A DNA stretch of 64,000 nucleotides from a bacterium (GCA_043803945.1 JAZDJN010000054.1:108945-172944); one strand, 5' to 3'; positions 52,645 to 63,999 are shown, counted from the first letter of the stretch. Made by a program: numbers and translations. The notes: generated from the letters alone by a model not told the origin.

Positions 52645-53481
52645 AAGAGTTGTCGCACATATTAGACTGCTTCGTCCTGTGAACTCAGGCATTGTCCTTG
52701 CCACAGTGGCAATAGCATGCCTCCTGGGAGGCGCACAGCTTGAAGAGTGGCCGATTATTATGATCGCCTCGCTCTCCGCAGCTCTTATTGCTGCCGGCGG
52801 ATATGCTATCAATGATTACTTTGATCTTGAAATCGATAAATACAACAGACCGGACCGGCCATTACCAAGCATGCTTGTGACGCCGATGGCGAGCCATCAC
52901 CTCTGGTTTTTGCTCTCAATGATGGGATTTGGATTCAGCACGTTCTGGGGTATCCAGACAATGGCCATTGCTTTTTTTTGGATCACGGCACTTTACTTCT
53001 ATAGCAGGATATTCAAACGAAAAGTCTTGGTTGGAAATATTATTGTCGCGCTGGCAACCGCACTCGCATTTATGTATGGTGCAGCAGCAGTCGGGCAGAT
53101 TCAACTGGCAATCTTCCCTACACTCTTTGCTTTTCTTATCAATATGGCCCGTGAGCTGGTGAAAGACGCAGAAGATGTGGAAGGTGATCGACTTGATGAT
53201 GCAAAGACATTCACCATCCGATATGGTATAGCGAAAACAATCGGTCTTTCTAATATAATTCTTGTCGTTCTCATTGTGCTGACACTCCTTCCGTACGCTC
53301 TTCGAATATACCATGGCCGATATTTATTTCTTGTCATGATTGTAAATATGATGCTTATTTATTCAATTCTACTTTTACATCACCACATACAACGATTTCG
53401 CTTCATCGCACCAGCATGATGTTGAAGCTTTCGATGGTGATTGGAATATTGGCAATATATCTTGGATCGACGCCACGATGA
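52634..53481 (+). CDS. UbiA-family DGGGP-synthase-like prenyltransferase; apparent 1-nt deletion near 53372 (as read, stops at 53419)
   Basis: LRPVN, NDYFDLEIDKYNRPDRP, RELVKDAEDVEGD; a final TM helix continues in another frame to TGA 53481, overlapping the rnhB ATG. Confidence 0.8.
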
Positions 53482-54125
53482 GCAAGGCACGACGGACACT
53501 CCCGCTCACCTATGAACGGATGGTGTGGGAACGTGGAATTGACCATATTGCTGGTGTGGATGAGGCAGGCAGGGGTCCTTTAGCGGGACCTGTGGTGGCA
53601 GCAGCAGTCATCCTCCCGCATGAGTTGACACTGGAAGGGGTCGATGACTCCAAGAAACTCTCTCCAAAGCGAAGGGAAGAATTATTCGAGGCGATTTCCG
53701 AATCGGCTCTTAGTGTTGGGATCGGTATCGTAAGTCATAAGATCATCGACCGTATTAACATCCTTCAGGCTACAGTGGCAGCTATGAAGGAAGCAATTGC
53801 AAATCTTCGATTGCCGCCGCAATTTATTTTAGCAGACGGCAATTCATTCAGCCACGAGACGATACAGTATGAGAATATAATTCATGGAGATGCACGTTGT
53901 CACTCGATAGCCGCTGCATCAATCATCGCAAAGGTGACTCGTGATCGGTTGATGTGCGGGTATGATATCGAATATCCACGATATGGATTCGCGCAGCATA
54001 AAGGATATGGGACACGGCAACACGTAGAGGCAATTCATACGCTTGGGTTCTGTGCCATTCATCGCAGAAGTTTCCATTTACCAGAATGGCCTCAAAGAAG
54101 GCAAACAAAAGCAAATAAATTCTGA
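53478..54125 (+). CDS. rnhB: Ribonuclease HII
   Basis: GVDEAGRGPLAGPV, DSKKL, AASIIAKV. Confidence 0.97.
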   Translation: MSKARRTLPLTYERMVWERGIDHIAGVDEAGRGPLAGPVVAAAVILPHELTLEGVDDSKKLSPKRREELFEAISESALSVGIGIVSHKIIDRINILQATVAAMKEAIANLRLPPQFILADGNSFSHETIQYENIIHGDARCHSIAAASIIAKVTRDRLMCGYDIEYPRYGFAQHKGYGTRQHVEAIHTLGFCAIHRRSFHLPEWPQRRQTKANKF

Positions 54126-54132
54126 ATCGCTG

Positions 54133-54486
54133 ATGAATAAGAGGAAGAAGGGATCGAGAGGAGAAGAGATTGCTGCCAGGTATCTTCAGACGAGGGGTTA
54201 CGTGATCCTGGAGAGGAATTATCGCTTCGAGCGGGGAGAGATTGATATTGTTGCAAAAGATGGAGAGACTCTGGTGTTTGTTGAGGTTAAAACACGATCT
54301 TCAGACGCTTACGGGGAACCGGAGGACGCCGTTGATGATCGAAAGCAAGGCCAATTACGAACTGTTGCAGAAGGATATCTTTTCGATCATGAAATTGAAA
54401 ACCAATCCTGCCGATTCGATGTGGTAGCAATTACAATGAAGGACGATACGGTGGCCATTCGGCTTATACAACACGCATTTCTTTAG
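54133..54486 (+). CDS. yraN: YraN family PD-(D/E)xK protein
   Basis: GEIDIVA, FVEVKTR, RFDVV. Confidence 0.93.
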   Translation: MNKRKKGSRGEEIAARYLQTRGYVILERNYRFERGEIDIVAKDGETLVFVEVKTRSSDAYGEPEDAVDDRKQGQLRTVAEGYLFDHEIENQSCRFDVVAITMKDDTVAIRLIQHAFL

Positions 54487-54501
54487 CAAGAAGCAGGCAT
54501 T

Positions 54502-55935
54502 ATGAGATCACTCATTGAAAAAAATTCTGGACTGTATACTGATTACTACCAACTGACCATGGCACAGGGATATTATCTCGCCGGTTTTGAACGGACGAGA
54601 AGTTGTTTTGATTATTTTTTTCGTGAGATCCCATTCTATGGAAGTTATGTGCTCTTTGCTGGATTGAAGGATTTACTCGGGATGCTTCAGACATTCGGAT
54701 TTCAGCAAGAATCGCTCGACTATTTGAAGGCACAGGGATTCCATCAGGAATTTCTGAATTATCTTCGTTCGTTCCATTTTGGCGGTACAATACTTTCTGT
54801 CCGTGAAGGAGAATTGGTCTTTCCTCTGGAGCCAATTCTGAGGGTGGAAGGATCGTTGATTGAAGCGCAGCTCATTGAATCAATGCTTCTGAATATCCTG
54901 AACTTCGAATCATTGATTGCCACAAAGGCTTCAAGAGTCCGGATTGCTGCCGGGGATCGTCGGATTGTCGATTTTGGATTACGAAGAGGCCAGGGATTTG
55001 GCAGTGTCCATGCATCACGCGCTGCCATCATCGGAGGGGTTGATGCCACCTCGAATGTCTTTACGGCATTTGAAGAGTCAGTCGAAGTGGCTGGAACACA
55101 AGCACATTCCTGGATTCAGAGTTTCGATGATGAGCTTACATCGTTTAGAAAATTTGCAGAAATCTATCCCGATAAGTGTGTGCTCCTGGTTGATACCTAT
55201 AACACGTTGAAAAGCGGTGTTCCGAATGCAATCATCGTCGCAAAAGAGCTGGAAGCTCGAGGCTATCGAATGGTTGGGATTAGACTTGATAGCGGAGACC
55301 TTGCCTACCTGAGCAAGCATACGCGTGCAATGCTCGACGAGGCAAGCCTCGGCTATGTGAAAATTGTCGTATCGAATCAACTCGATGAAAATGTCATCCG
55401 CAGCTTGCTGATTGAGCAGCAGGCACCGATTGATATTTTTGGAGTCGGAACACGCCTCATCACCGGTCAGCCATCGGCAGCCCTGGATGGAGTCTACAAA
55501 TTAAGCATGTCGGATGGCGTTCCCCGGTTGAAGTTTTCTGAGAACTATGGGAAACTATCCTTACCGGGAATAAAGAAGGTGTATCGTTATAAAGATGGAG
55601 ACGGATTTTTCACTGCTGATGCTATTGCACTCGATGATGAGTCTGTGCCAGAATTCATCCATCACCCGATCTATCCCGAACAACAGAGCCGATTGGATCG
55701 TTTTACCGCTGAACAAATTCTTGTTCCGGTGATGGAGAACGGAAAGCCAGTACTAACGCAGACAACACTGCAGAGTGCGGAGTATGCACGGACACGGCTT
55801 GCTCAAATAGCATCTGAACATAAGAGGTTCGAACATCCCCATATCTACAAGGTCGGAATAAGCCATAACCTTCTGAAACTACGCACACAACTGGTGGATC
55901 AGTTTCTTAAAAAAATGCACGCAAGAGAATCATAA
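54502..55935 (+). CDS. pncB: Nicotinate phosphoribosyltransferase
   Basis: TDYYQLTM, GTQAHS, DTY, IRLDSGD. Confidence 0.95.
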   Translation: MRSLIEKNSGLYTDYYQLTMAQGYYLAGFERTRSCFDYFFREIPFYGSYVLFAGLKDLLGMLQTFGFQQESLDYLKAQGFHQEFLNYLRSFHFGGTILSVREGELVFPLEPILRVEGSLIEAQLIESMLLNILNFESLIATKASRVRIAAGDRRIVDFGLRRGQGFGSVHASRAAIIGGVDATSNVFTAFEESVEVAGTQAHSWIQSFDDELTSFRKFAEIYPDKCVLLVDTYNTLKSGVPNAIIVAKELEARGYRMVGIRLDSGDLAYLSKHTRAMLDEASLGYVKIVVSNQLDENVIRSLLIEQQAPIDIFGVGTRLITGQPSAALDGVYKLSMSDGVPRLKFSENYGKLSLPGIKKVYRYKDGDGFFTADAIALDDESVPEFIHHPIYPEQQSRLDRFTAEQILVPVMENGKPVLTQTTLQSAEYARTRLAQIASEHKRFEHPHIYKVGISHNLLKLRTQLVDQFLKKMHARES

Positions 55936-55950
55936 GTGAGGAACGAGAGA

Positions 55951-56511
55951 ATGAAAGCTTTGCTTATTGTTGATGTTCAGAATGATTTTTGTCCTGGTGG
56001 TGCACTTGCTGTCCCGCAGGGAGATAAGATCGTCCCAGTCATTAATTCGATATTCGATAAATTCAATCTCATCGTGGCATCAAAGGACTGGCATCCGCTG
56101 AACTCGATGCATTTTGATACGTGGCCGAAACATTGTTTGCAGCATACTGTCGGTTCGGAGTTTCATCCCAACCTGAAGAGTACGAGTATTGCAGAAATAT
56201 TCCTCAAAGGCACGAGTGGAAAGGACGATGGGTACTCAGCATTCGAAGCATCCAATCTCGACCTTAATCACTACCTTCGCAGCCGGGGTGTCGATGATTT
56301 GTATGTCGTCGGGCTGGCAACTGATTATTGTGTGCGGGCATCCGCTCTCGATGCAGTGAAAAAAGGATTTTCTACCTACATCATCACCGATGCAATTGCA
56401 GCGGTGAATGTCAAACCCGACGATGGCGACATGGCCATAGAGGAAATGAAAAGGGAGGGAGTAAAACTGATTTCCTCCGGCGATATTCGCTCCGATGAGT
56501 CGGGCACCTGA
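55951..56511 (+). CDS. pncA: Nicotinamidase/pyrazinamidase
   Basis: VDVQNDF, DWH, WPKHC, GLATDYCV. Confidence 0.94.
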   Translation: MKALLIVDVQNDFCPGGALAVPQGDKIVPVINSIFDKFNLIVASKDWHPLNSMHFDTWPKHCLQHTVGSEFHPNLKSTSIAEIFLKGTSGKDDGYSAFEASNLDLNHYLRSRGVDDLYVVGLATDYCVRASALDAVKKGFSTYIITDAIAAVNVKPDDGDMAIEEMKREGVKLISSGDIRSDESGT

Positions 56512-56535
56512 TTTATTTTTCTCTTCTCTCCGGCG

Positions 56536-56564
56536 TTGACACTCCATGGAAAAAAAGTTATCCT
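56536..56564 (+). promoter_or_regulatory. Sigma70-type promoter of cstA
   Basis: TTGACA-N17-TATCCT. Confidence 0.6.
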
Positions 56565-56695
56565 TCAACAAATGAGCCGCTATTTTGGCAATTAACTGCT
56601 GCCGTTCCAGATAAATAGTTCGATTTCTTAAGAACAAAATCCTTTCTGAAACGGGCAGCATGAATCAAACCATTGATGAGTCAGATGGAATAATT

Positions 56696-58549
56696 ATGAA
56701 TGCTCTCCCTCTCCTGATCGCAGCTCTTTGTGTGATGACGATTTCCTACCGGTATTATAGCGCGTTCATCGCAGCAAAAGTAATAGCGCTGGATGATTCC
56801 CGGATGACACCGGCCCATACACTCTACGACGGACAGAATTATGATCCGACAAACAAATGGGTGCTCTTTGGCCATCACTTCGCTGCAATTTCCGGTGCTG
56901 GCCCGCTTATCGGACCGGTCTTGGCGTCGCAATTTGGATTCCTGCCGGGTTATCTTTGGCTGGTTATAGGCGTTTGCGTAGCAGGAGCAGTTCATGATTT
57001 TGTCATACTTGCTGCTTCAATCAGAAGAAACGGAAAATCATTGGCGAATATCGCCCGACACGAAATTAGTCCATTCGCGGGCCTGATCGGTTCGATCGCG
57101 ATTCTGATCATCGTTATTATTGCACTTGCTGGTCTTGGGCTTGCTGTGGTGAATGCCTTACGCGAAAGTTCATGGGGAACATTCACTATTGCTATGACAA
57201 TACCGATTGCGTTGTTCGTCGGTCTATGGATGTACCGCATCCGGCCTGGAAAAATAGCTGAGGCAAGTATTATTGGAGTCGTTGCTGTCTGTTCGGCGGT
57301 TATTGGTGGAAGTCTTGTTCCTGGATCATTTCTTGAACCATATTTTTCTCTTTCTCGCGAAGGAATCATCATTGCTATTGCAGTGTACGGCTTCATCGCT
57401 TCGGTACTTCCAGTCTGGCTGCTACTGGTTCCCCGTGATTATCTTAGTTCTTATATGAAAATCGGTACCATTGCTGCATTGGTACTAGGAGTCTTTATTG
57501 TTGCACCGGAATTAAAAATGCCCGCCTTTACTGAATATATCCACGGCGGCGGGCCAATTATTCCCGGCAAGGTCTATCCATTTATGTTTATAACCATAGC
57601 CTGTGGGGCAATATCGGGATTCCATTCCCTGGTTTCCTCCGGAACAACTCCTAAGATGCTGAACAAGGAGACCGATGCACGGGTTATAGGATATGGTGCG
57701 ATGCTTATGGAAGGATTGGTTGGCATTATCGCATTGATTGCTGCGAGTTCTCTGGAACCTGCCGATTATTTTGCCATCAACCTCACACCGGAAAAATTTA
57801 ACACGCTTGGTATGGTACCAGTCAATCTTCAAGATCTTGCTTCTCAAGTCGGAGAATCAATTGCCGGCAGGCCGGGAGGTGCAGTTTCTCTCGCGGTCGG
57901 ATTCGCTCAAATTTTCTCAGCGATTCCGGGGATGCGTGGATTGATGTCGTTCTGGTATCATTTTGCCATCATGTTTGAAGCGTTGTTCATTCTCACCACA
58001 ATCGATGCGGGTACCCGCGTAGCACGATTCCTGGTTCAGGAATTCGTCGGACGAATCTGGAAACCATTTGAAAAAACGGATTGGTTGCCCGGGGCGTTGA
58101 TTGCTACAACTTTGGTAGTCTTCTCGTGGGGGTATTTTATCTGGGCTGGAAGTATCGGGACAATTTGGCCAATGTTTGGAACAGCAAATCAGTTGCTCGC
58201 CGGGGTGGCCCTTGCAGTTGCGACCAGCGCGATCATCAATGCAGGGAAGGTGAGATATGTTTGGGTGACACTACTACCCATGCTCTTTGTCTCAACAACC
58301 ACGTTGATTGCCGGCTGGCTCAATATCACAGACAACTTCTGGCCATTGACCAATAACCCATCAACGGCGGTACAGGGCTATGTCAATTCAACACTAACGA
58401 TCATAATGATGGTCTGTGCGATTGCCATCCTCTTTGAGGCAGCGCGAAGAGCATATCAGGTGCTCGTTCTGAAACAACCGCCTTCTGCCAATACGGTCTA
58501 TGCTGAATCGGAGAGAGATACTACACCGCCTCATCTGGGATGCTGCTGA
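56696..58549 (+). CDS. cstA: Carbon starvation protein A family transporter
   Basis: [31 protein letters not shown]. Confidence 0.95.
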   Translation: MNALPLLIAALCVMTISYRYYSAFIAAKVIALDDSRMTPAHTLYDGQNYDPTNKWVLFGHHFAAISGAGPLIGPVLASQFGFLPGYLWLVIGVCVAGAVHDFVILAASIRRNGKSLANIARHEISPFAGLIGSIAILIIVIIALAGLGLAVVNALRESSWGTFTIAMTIPIALFVGLWMYRIRPGKIAEASIIGVVAVCSAVIGGSLVPGSFLEPYFSLSREGIIIAIAVYGFIASVLPVWLLLVPRDYLSSYMKIGTIAALVLGVFIVAPELKMPAFTEYIHGGGPIIPGKVYPFMFITIACGAISGFHSLVSSGTTPKMLNKETDARVIGYGAMLMEGLVGIIALIAASSLEPADYFAINLTPEKFNTLGMVPVNLQDLASQVGESIAGRPGGAVSLAVGFAQIFSAIPGMRGLMSFWYHFAIMFEALFILTTIDAGTRVARFLVQEFVGRIWKPFEKTDWLPGALIATTLVVFSWGYFIWAGSIGTIWPMFGTANQLLAGVALAVATSAIINAGKVRYVWVTLLPMLFVSTTTLIAGWLNITDNFWPLTNNPSTAVQGYVNSTLTIIMMVCAIAILFEAARRAYQVLVLKQPPSANTVYAESERDTTPPHLGCC

Positions 58550-58649
58550 ACGTCGTTCATCGATGGGTGAGCATGAAAAGGCAAGCATGCCATAATGTCC
58601 AGCGCTCTTGTTACTCTGCCTGGCTGTTTACTATCCTGCACTGGGTGAG

Positions 58650-59387
58650 TTAGAGAATAGAATAAAGATTAACTGCAGGGAGCAGGAGGAGGTATAATCC
58701 CCACATGATCAACCCAATCGAGATGGGGATTGAGAGGTTGTCGTCGATCTTTATCGAGCATGCTTCGACAACCGTGCCAATGACGACTCCGACAAATGCA
58801 ATGATATATTCAAGCGGTAAACCCTGAATCTTCGGTGTAACGAGAATAACAAGTACACCGCTCACCAGAAATCCGGTCGATCCTTCCAGGCTTTTATCAA
58901 AAAATTTGTGCTTGCCGAATTTTCGCCCCACAAGTGCCGATGTGATATCGGAGATAATCATGACCGCAAATGCTGTTATCGTAATAATTTTCGGAAAGAT
59001 CAAAACACAAACAACAGCAGAAATCAAAACAAACGTAGCACCGGTGAGTTGTTTGCGCTTCCCATCTTTCTCGCTCTTACGCAATAGCCGGCCAAACCAT
59101 CGTTGAAACCACAGTCGAGTGGGTTCGTGATAATAACGTGCCAAGTCTACTCCGAGAAAACCAATGAACATCGGAATAAGCAGCATCAGGGCGAGCTCTT
59201 TGGAAATCTGTGAATAGATAATGGGCACCGAAAGAGAGCAGAGATGAATGCTCTTCCTAATCAGTTCAGATTGGAAATTGATCGTTGCACGAGCATGAAG
59301 ATGCTGCGATTCTGCCTGGGGCAGGTCTGGTATCATACGATCAAGATGATTTCGGGTTTCTTCTTTCTCTACCGACACGTCCTTCAT
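58650..59387 (-). CDS. CTP-dependent polyprenol/phytol/DAG kinase-like membrane protein (SEC59/DGK1/VTE5 family)
   Basis: [25 protein letters not shown]. Confidence 0.8.
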   Translation of the reverse strand: MKDVSVEKEETRNHLDRMIPDLPQAESQHLHARATINFQSELIRKSIHLCSLSVPIIYSQISKELALMLLIPMFIGFLGVDLARYYHEPTRLWFQRWFGRLLRKSEKDGKRKQLTGATFVLISAVVCVLIFPKIITITAFAVMIISDITSALVGRKFGKHKFFDKSLEGSTGFLVSGVLVILVTPKIQGLPLEYIIAFVGVVIGTVVEACSIKIDDNLSIPISIGLIMWGLYLLLLPAVNLYSIL

Positions 59388-61513
59388 GCACTTTTAGTGT
59401 TAGGTGCGTCAGAGGAACCAGTTGGAGCAGGCGCTCCCTTCGAATTTTCACTGGCAGCCTGTGCAGGGAGTTGAACGGGCTTTGTTGAAAGTTCATCATT
59501 CCGTTTTTTCTCAAGAGGGGGAAGTTCTTCACCTTGAATGATCTTATCGATCTCGCCTGAGTCGAGAATTTCGCGATCAAGCAATGCATTAGAAAGCCGA
59601 TGGAGGATCTCAATGTTTTCGTTGAGAATTTTTTCGGCACACTTCATTGCAAGGGTGATGATTTTTTTGATTTCTGCATCTATGGTGATTGCTGTGTTTT
59701 CACTGAAATTTCTTGAGCGTGTGATTTCTCTGCCGAGGAAGAGTTCCTCTTCCTTGTTGCCATAAGCGAGAGGGCCCAGTTTCTCGCTCATCCCCCATTC
59801 GCAGACCATTTTTCTGGCCAACTCAGTTGCGCGCTCGATATCATTTCCTGCACCAGTGGTCAACTGGTTGAAAATAAGTCTCTCAGCAGCACGGCCGCCC
59901 AATGCATAGGTGATCATCGCATCGAGATACTCTTTCGAATACGTGTGCTTTTCATCAATCGGAAGATAAGTAGTTAAACCGAGAGCACGGCCCCGTGGGA
60001 TAATCGTGACTTTATGCACAGGATCTGCTTCGGGGAGATATTTTGCGACAAGGACATGGCCCGATTCGTGGTATGCAGTAATACGTTTCTCACGATCGGA
60101 GATGATCATGGATTTTCGCTCCATGCCCATCATTACTTTATCTTTTGCAGCTTCGAAATGCTGCATGGAAACGACCTTGCAATTCTGACGCGCTGCAAGG
60201 AGGGCAGCTTCGTTGACAAGGTTTGCAATGTCTGCACCAGCGAGTCCGGGTGTTCCTTTTGCCAGAGTATCAAGCTTCACATCGTCGGAGAGTGGGATGT
60301 TCTTGGTGTGAACCCGATAGATCCCTTCGCGGCCTTTAACATCCGGACGGTCTACTACGACCTGTCGGTCAAAGCGTCCAGGTCGAAGGAGAGCCGGGTC
60401 GAGAACATCGGGTCTGTTGGTAGCGGAAATAATGATCACGCCGCTATTCTGTTCAAATCCATCCATCTCGACAAGCAATTGATTCAACGTTTGCTCGCGT
60501 TCATCATGCCCGCCGCCGATTCCAGCACCGCGATGCCGTCCCACTGCGTCAATTTCATCGATAAAGATGATGCAGGGGGCACTCTTTTTACCCTGTTCGA
60601 ATAAGTCTCGAACACGGCTTGCACCAACGCCGACGAACATTTCAACAAAGTCGGCTCCACTAATAGAAAAGAATGGCACTCCGGCTTCACCGGCAACTGC
60701 ACGGGCAAGGAGGGTTTTGCCTGTTCCCGGAGGTCCCAGGAGGAGGACGCCTCGCGGAATTTTACCTCCGAGCTTCTGAAATTTAGCTGGTTCCTTGAGG
60801 AATTCAATAATTTCCTGCAATTCAGATTTGGCTTCATCGGCACCGGCCACATCCTGGAACGTCACTTTTATCATGCCCTCGGTGAGCAGTTTTGCTCGGC
60901 TCTTGCCAAACGAAAATAACCCTTTCGCACCTCCGGCGCCAGCTTGCATTCTCCGGAAGATGATAAGCCAGATCCCGATGATGAGTAACCATGGTAAAAA
61001 AGAAATCAAAGCATTGAGCCAAGTATCATTTTCCTTCTCTACTCTGTAACTTTTTGTGATTGTGGAATCCCATTGGGCGGTCACATCCTGGTTAATGTTT
61101 GAGTAGGGAAGCGTCAGAACAATTTTTGTGACGTTCGTGTAGGTCTTATTATTTGATGTCGTGATATCCTGTGCTTTAACAAGCTTGCCGTGGAAGTCAT
61201 AATTATTGAAGTCCGACTTCTTGATGACAGCTTCATTGAACTTCCTGTCATTCAGAAGTTTCTGATACAGAGAGAAGCTGATTTCATATTCAGTCTCTTC
61301 GGTAGGTTTAAACATCTGGATTGCAAGCCACACAGTAGCCAGGATGGCTATCCAGCCAATGACCATACGCCCAACTTTATTCCAATTGAAATCATCATCT
61401 TTGATTGGAATTGGGTTCTTCTTAGGCGAACGCTGGGATAGCGGCTTGCGTTTTTGAGGGCCTTTTGGTTCTTTTTCTTCTGATGAATTTTCAGCGTACC
61501 AATTCGAATTCAT
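59384..61513 (-). CDS. ftsH: ATP-dependent zinc metalloprotease FtsH
   Basis: Two TM helices, [19 protein letters not shown]. Confidence 0.98.
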   Translation of the reverse strand: MNSNWYAENSSEEKEPKGPQKRKPLSQRSPKKNPIPIKDDDFNWNKVGRMVIGWIAILATVWLAIQMFKPTEETEYEISFSLYQKLLNDRKFNEAVIKKSDFNNYDFHGKLVKAQDITTSNNKTYTNVTKIVLTLPYSNINQDVTAQWDSTITKSYRVEKENDTWLNALISFLPWLLIIGIWLIIFRRMQAGAGGAKGLFSFGKSRAKLLTEGMIKVTFQDVAGADEAKSELQEIIEFLKEPAKFQKLGGKIPRGVLLLGPPGTGKTLLARAVAGEAGVPFFSISGADFVEMFVGVGASRVRDLFEQGKKSAPCIIFIDEIDAVGRHRGAGIGGGHDEREQTLNQLLVEMDGFEQNSGVIIISATNRPDVLDPALLRPGRFDRQVVVDRPDVKGREGIYRVHTKNIPLSDDVKLDTLAKGTPGLAGADIANLVNEAALLAARQNCKVVSMQHFEAAKDKVMMGMERKSMIISDREKRITAYHESGHVLVAKYLPEADPVHKVTIIPRGRALGLTTYLPIDEKHTYSKEYLDAMITYALGGRAAERLIFNQLTTGAGNDIERATELARKMVCEWGMSEKLGPLAYGNKEEELFLGREITRSRNFSENTAITIDAEIKKIITLAMKCAEKILNENIEILHRLSNALLDREILDSGEIDKIIQGEELPPLEKKRNDELSTKPVQLPAQAASENSKGAPAPTGSSDAPNTKSA

Positions 61514-61578
61514 GTTCACTCCTGACTTCAATACCGAGAACACAGTTGCTCGCTCCTTTGTCTTTCCATGGGTTGCGA

Positions 61579-62121
61579 TTATTCGGGAGAGAGCCTGTAA
61601 ATCGACTTCAAATTACGAACTTTTTGAGCATAGTCCAAACCATAACCAATCACAAACTCCGGAGGTATCTCGAAACCGACATAATCAATCGAAAAATCAA
61701 TTTTTGCTATACTCTTTTTTAATAATAATGTAACAACTCGAAATGATGTCGGGTTCTCCCGCAAGACGAGTTTTTTCATGAAATCGATAGAGAGTCCAGA
61801 ATCAACGACATCCTCAACAACGATGATGTCTCGCCCTGCCACCTGGCAATTCAAATCTTTGAGGAGTCGAACCTGACCGGAGGATATTTTTGCATCCCCA
61901 TAACTTGATAATTTCAGGAAGTCAACTTCGCAATCGATCGAAATCTCACGAATCAGGTCGGCAATGAAGATAAATGAGCCGTTCAGGATTCCGATGAAGA
62001 TAGGGATTTTGCCTGCGTAATCTTTGTTGATTTGACCGGCAAGTTCACGTACACGCTCATGGATCTGCTCTTCCGAGAGATAGAGGGTAAAGCGATCGTT
62101 GTTGAGTTTAATGCTCTCCAT
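61579..62121 (-). CDS. hpt: Hypoxanthine phosphoribosyltransferase
   Basis: [16 protein letters not shown]. Confidence 0.96.
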   Translation of the reverse strand: MESIKLNNDRFTLYLSEEQIHERVRELAGQINKDYAGKIPIFIGILNGSFIFIADLIREISIDCEVDFLKLSSYGDAKISSGQVRLLKDLNCQVAGRDIIVVEDVVDSGLSIDFMKKLVLRENPTSFRVVTLLLKKSIAKIDFSIDYVGFEIPPEFVIGYGLDYAQKVRNLKSIYRLSPE

Positions 62122-62138
62122 AGGTACCTGATTCGATG

Positions 62139-63542
62139 CTATGAATGATTGTGTGGGCTAAATTGGAGCCTCACTGTCTTTTGTGTCTTCTCTGTAATAC
62201 GAAACCGATTATCAATCCTTTGACCGCATACCCAGACAATAGAACCATCCGATTCAAAAATTGGAATCTCCGATTTTTTTGAGGAAGGAATTTTCTGATC
62301 TATGAAAAAGTCACTTAATTTTTTCTTTTCTTGCATTCCAAGAGGGATAAACCAGTCTCCCTCACGCCAGGTACGAAGGATGAGACGACTCCCGAGTTTC
62401 GCAGCGTCAATATCCTCAATGAGAGTACTTTCGGAATAAGAGACCGGTAACGCGGTTTCCTGAGAGATTGAAAAGCTGAAATGCTCGCACTCAATGACAG
62501 CGCCGCTCTCGATGCTCAATTCATATGCCGGGTATTCATTCCTTCGTTGAAACAACAGCGAATCACGATCTTTCCATACGATAACCTCTGGAGAAAGGTG
62601 CAGGGACCGCCCGGATTGGCTGCAACTGAGATCGAGCAGCGCATGTACTTTTTCATGGGCAGGCTCGATTTTCAAACGTCTCAGAAGCTCAAGAATAATT
62701 TCGTTTTGCAGGTAAAGAGGTTCCGCTGAAAATCGCACAATGTTCAAGCGAAATTCGTTTCCGTCTGCAGCAACAACATTTCCAAAGCGCGATTCCACTT
62801 CAGCATCTACCCAGGATCGCAGATGTTTCATTGTCTCGGAGAGCCTATTGAGGACCGTGTTGATTTCTGGATTATAATTTTTCCGGATTTCCGGTAAAAG
62901 CGAGAGTCGAACCTTGTTGCGCCGGTATTCGAGCGAAGGATTTGATGAGTCTTCACGATACTGGACGCCATGCACACTTGCATATGCCTCAATTTGCTCT
63001 CGGCTGACATGTAATAAAGGCCGTACGATCTTTCGCGTTGGGACATAATCGGGGATCCCTGCCAGTCCTCGAATTCCAGTGCCGCGGATAACATTCATCA
63101 ACACGGTTTCTGCATTATCATCGGCATGATGAGCCGTGAGGATGAAATCAGAAGCGCTTTCCAGCCGGAGTTCTTCAAGAGCCTGATACCGGAGTGCCCT
63201 TGCTGCCTCCTGCTTGGAGAGGTTCCTCTGTGCGGCAAAAGAGTTCACATCGACTCTCTTCAAGTAATAAGGCACTGACAATTCTTTTGCTATGCGACGA
63301 ACGAATACTTCATCCTGATCAGACTCTGTGCCCCGCAATAGATGATTAATATGGGCGATCCGCAGGTGGAAAGGATAGGTGGTTCGAATATCAACAAAGA
63401 GTTGTAGCATAACCATCGAATCGATTCCACCGCTTACGGCAAGCAGAAGAGTACTGCCCTCAGAAATGGAATTCCCTTCCGCAAGAAAGCGCTTGAGAGA
63501 GTCTCCGATACTGATCTGGTTGTTTTCGTTTGTGTGTCCCAT
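62139..63542 (-). CDS. tilS: tRNA(Ile)-lysidine synthetase
   Basis: AVSGGIDS, TAHHADDNAET, RPLL, EDSSN, C-terminal KKLSDFFID; start at ATG 63542. Confidence 0.96.
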   Translation of the reverse strand: MGHTNENNQISIGDSLKRFLAEGNSISEGSTLLLAVSGGIDSMVMLQLFVDIRTTYPFHLRIAHINHLLRGTESDQDEVFVRRIAKELSVPYYLKRVDVNSFAAQRNLSKQEAARALRYQALEELRLESASDFILTAHHADDNAETVLMNVIRGTGIRGLAGIPDYVPTRKIVRPLLHVSREQIEAYASVHGVQYREDSSNPSLEYRRNKVRLSLLPEIRKNYNPEINTVLNRLSETMKHLRSWVDAEVESRFGNVVAADGNEFRLNIVRFSAEPLYLQNEIILELLRRLKIEPAHEKVHALLDLSCSQSGRSLHLSPEVIVWKDRDSLLFQRRNEYPAYELSIESGAVIECEHFSFSISQETALPVSYSESTLIEDIDAAKLGSRLILRTWREGDWFIPLGMQEKKKLSDFFIDQKIPSSKKSEIPIFESDGSIVWVCGQRIDNRFRITEKTQKTVRLQFSPHNHS

Positions 63543-63610
63543 GGGATAGGCCTCAAACAAAAAAACTTGATTCCTCAATAGAGAAGAATCAAGAGTCTTT
63601 GTTTTGACAG

Positions 63611-63684
63611 TAGCGGGGGAGGGATTTGAACCCACGACCTGCGGATTATGATTCCGACGCTCTAACCAACTGAGCTACCCCGCC
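63611..63684 (-). tRNA. tRNA with CAU anticodon, most likely elongator tRNA-Met
   Basis: GGCGGGG-TAGCTCAGTTGGTTAGAGC-...CGGA-ATCATAA-TCCG...GGTTCAAATCC-...CCCCGCT-A; CCA not encoded. Confidence 0.92.
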
Positions 63685-63702
63685 GTATATTCTTCTTGCT
63701 CT

Positions 63703-63857
63703 CTAGAAACCTGGCCGAAAAGTATAGGAAATATTTTATCCACGAAGGCCACGAAGAAAAAGCTGTAAAAGTGATAAAATTCAAATCAATTAAATTTCAT
63801 ATTATCATTTGTGTTCTTGGTGTTCTTCGTGGTTGGACTTTTCGTCCAAGTTTCTAG
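63703..63857. mobile_element. MITE-like element A (CTAG-bounded, 21-bp TIR)
   Basis: CTAGAAACCTGGCCGAAAAGT / ACTTTTCGTCCAAGTTTCTAG (19/21); internal IR 63740-63832. Confidence 0.7.
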
Positions 63858-63999
63858 GAATCTGGTCGAAAAGTGACTTTGCCACTGAGTCACAGAGAGC
63901 ACAGAGATAGTCTTTTTGAAATATTGAGGATATAGCAAACATTTATTGATCTCAGTGAACTCTGTGTCTCCGTGGCGGACTTTTCGACCGGCTCTCTAG
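63854..63999. mobile_element. MITE-like element B, sharing its CTAG with element A
   Basis: CTAGGAATCTGGTCGAAAAGT / ACTTTTCGACCGGCTCTCTAG (17/21); internal IR 63881-63976 (22/27). Confidence 0.7.

Noticed and set aside
63543-63635. TilS N-terminal extension
   Set aside because: It begins inside the tRNA gene; the true start is ATG 63542.
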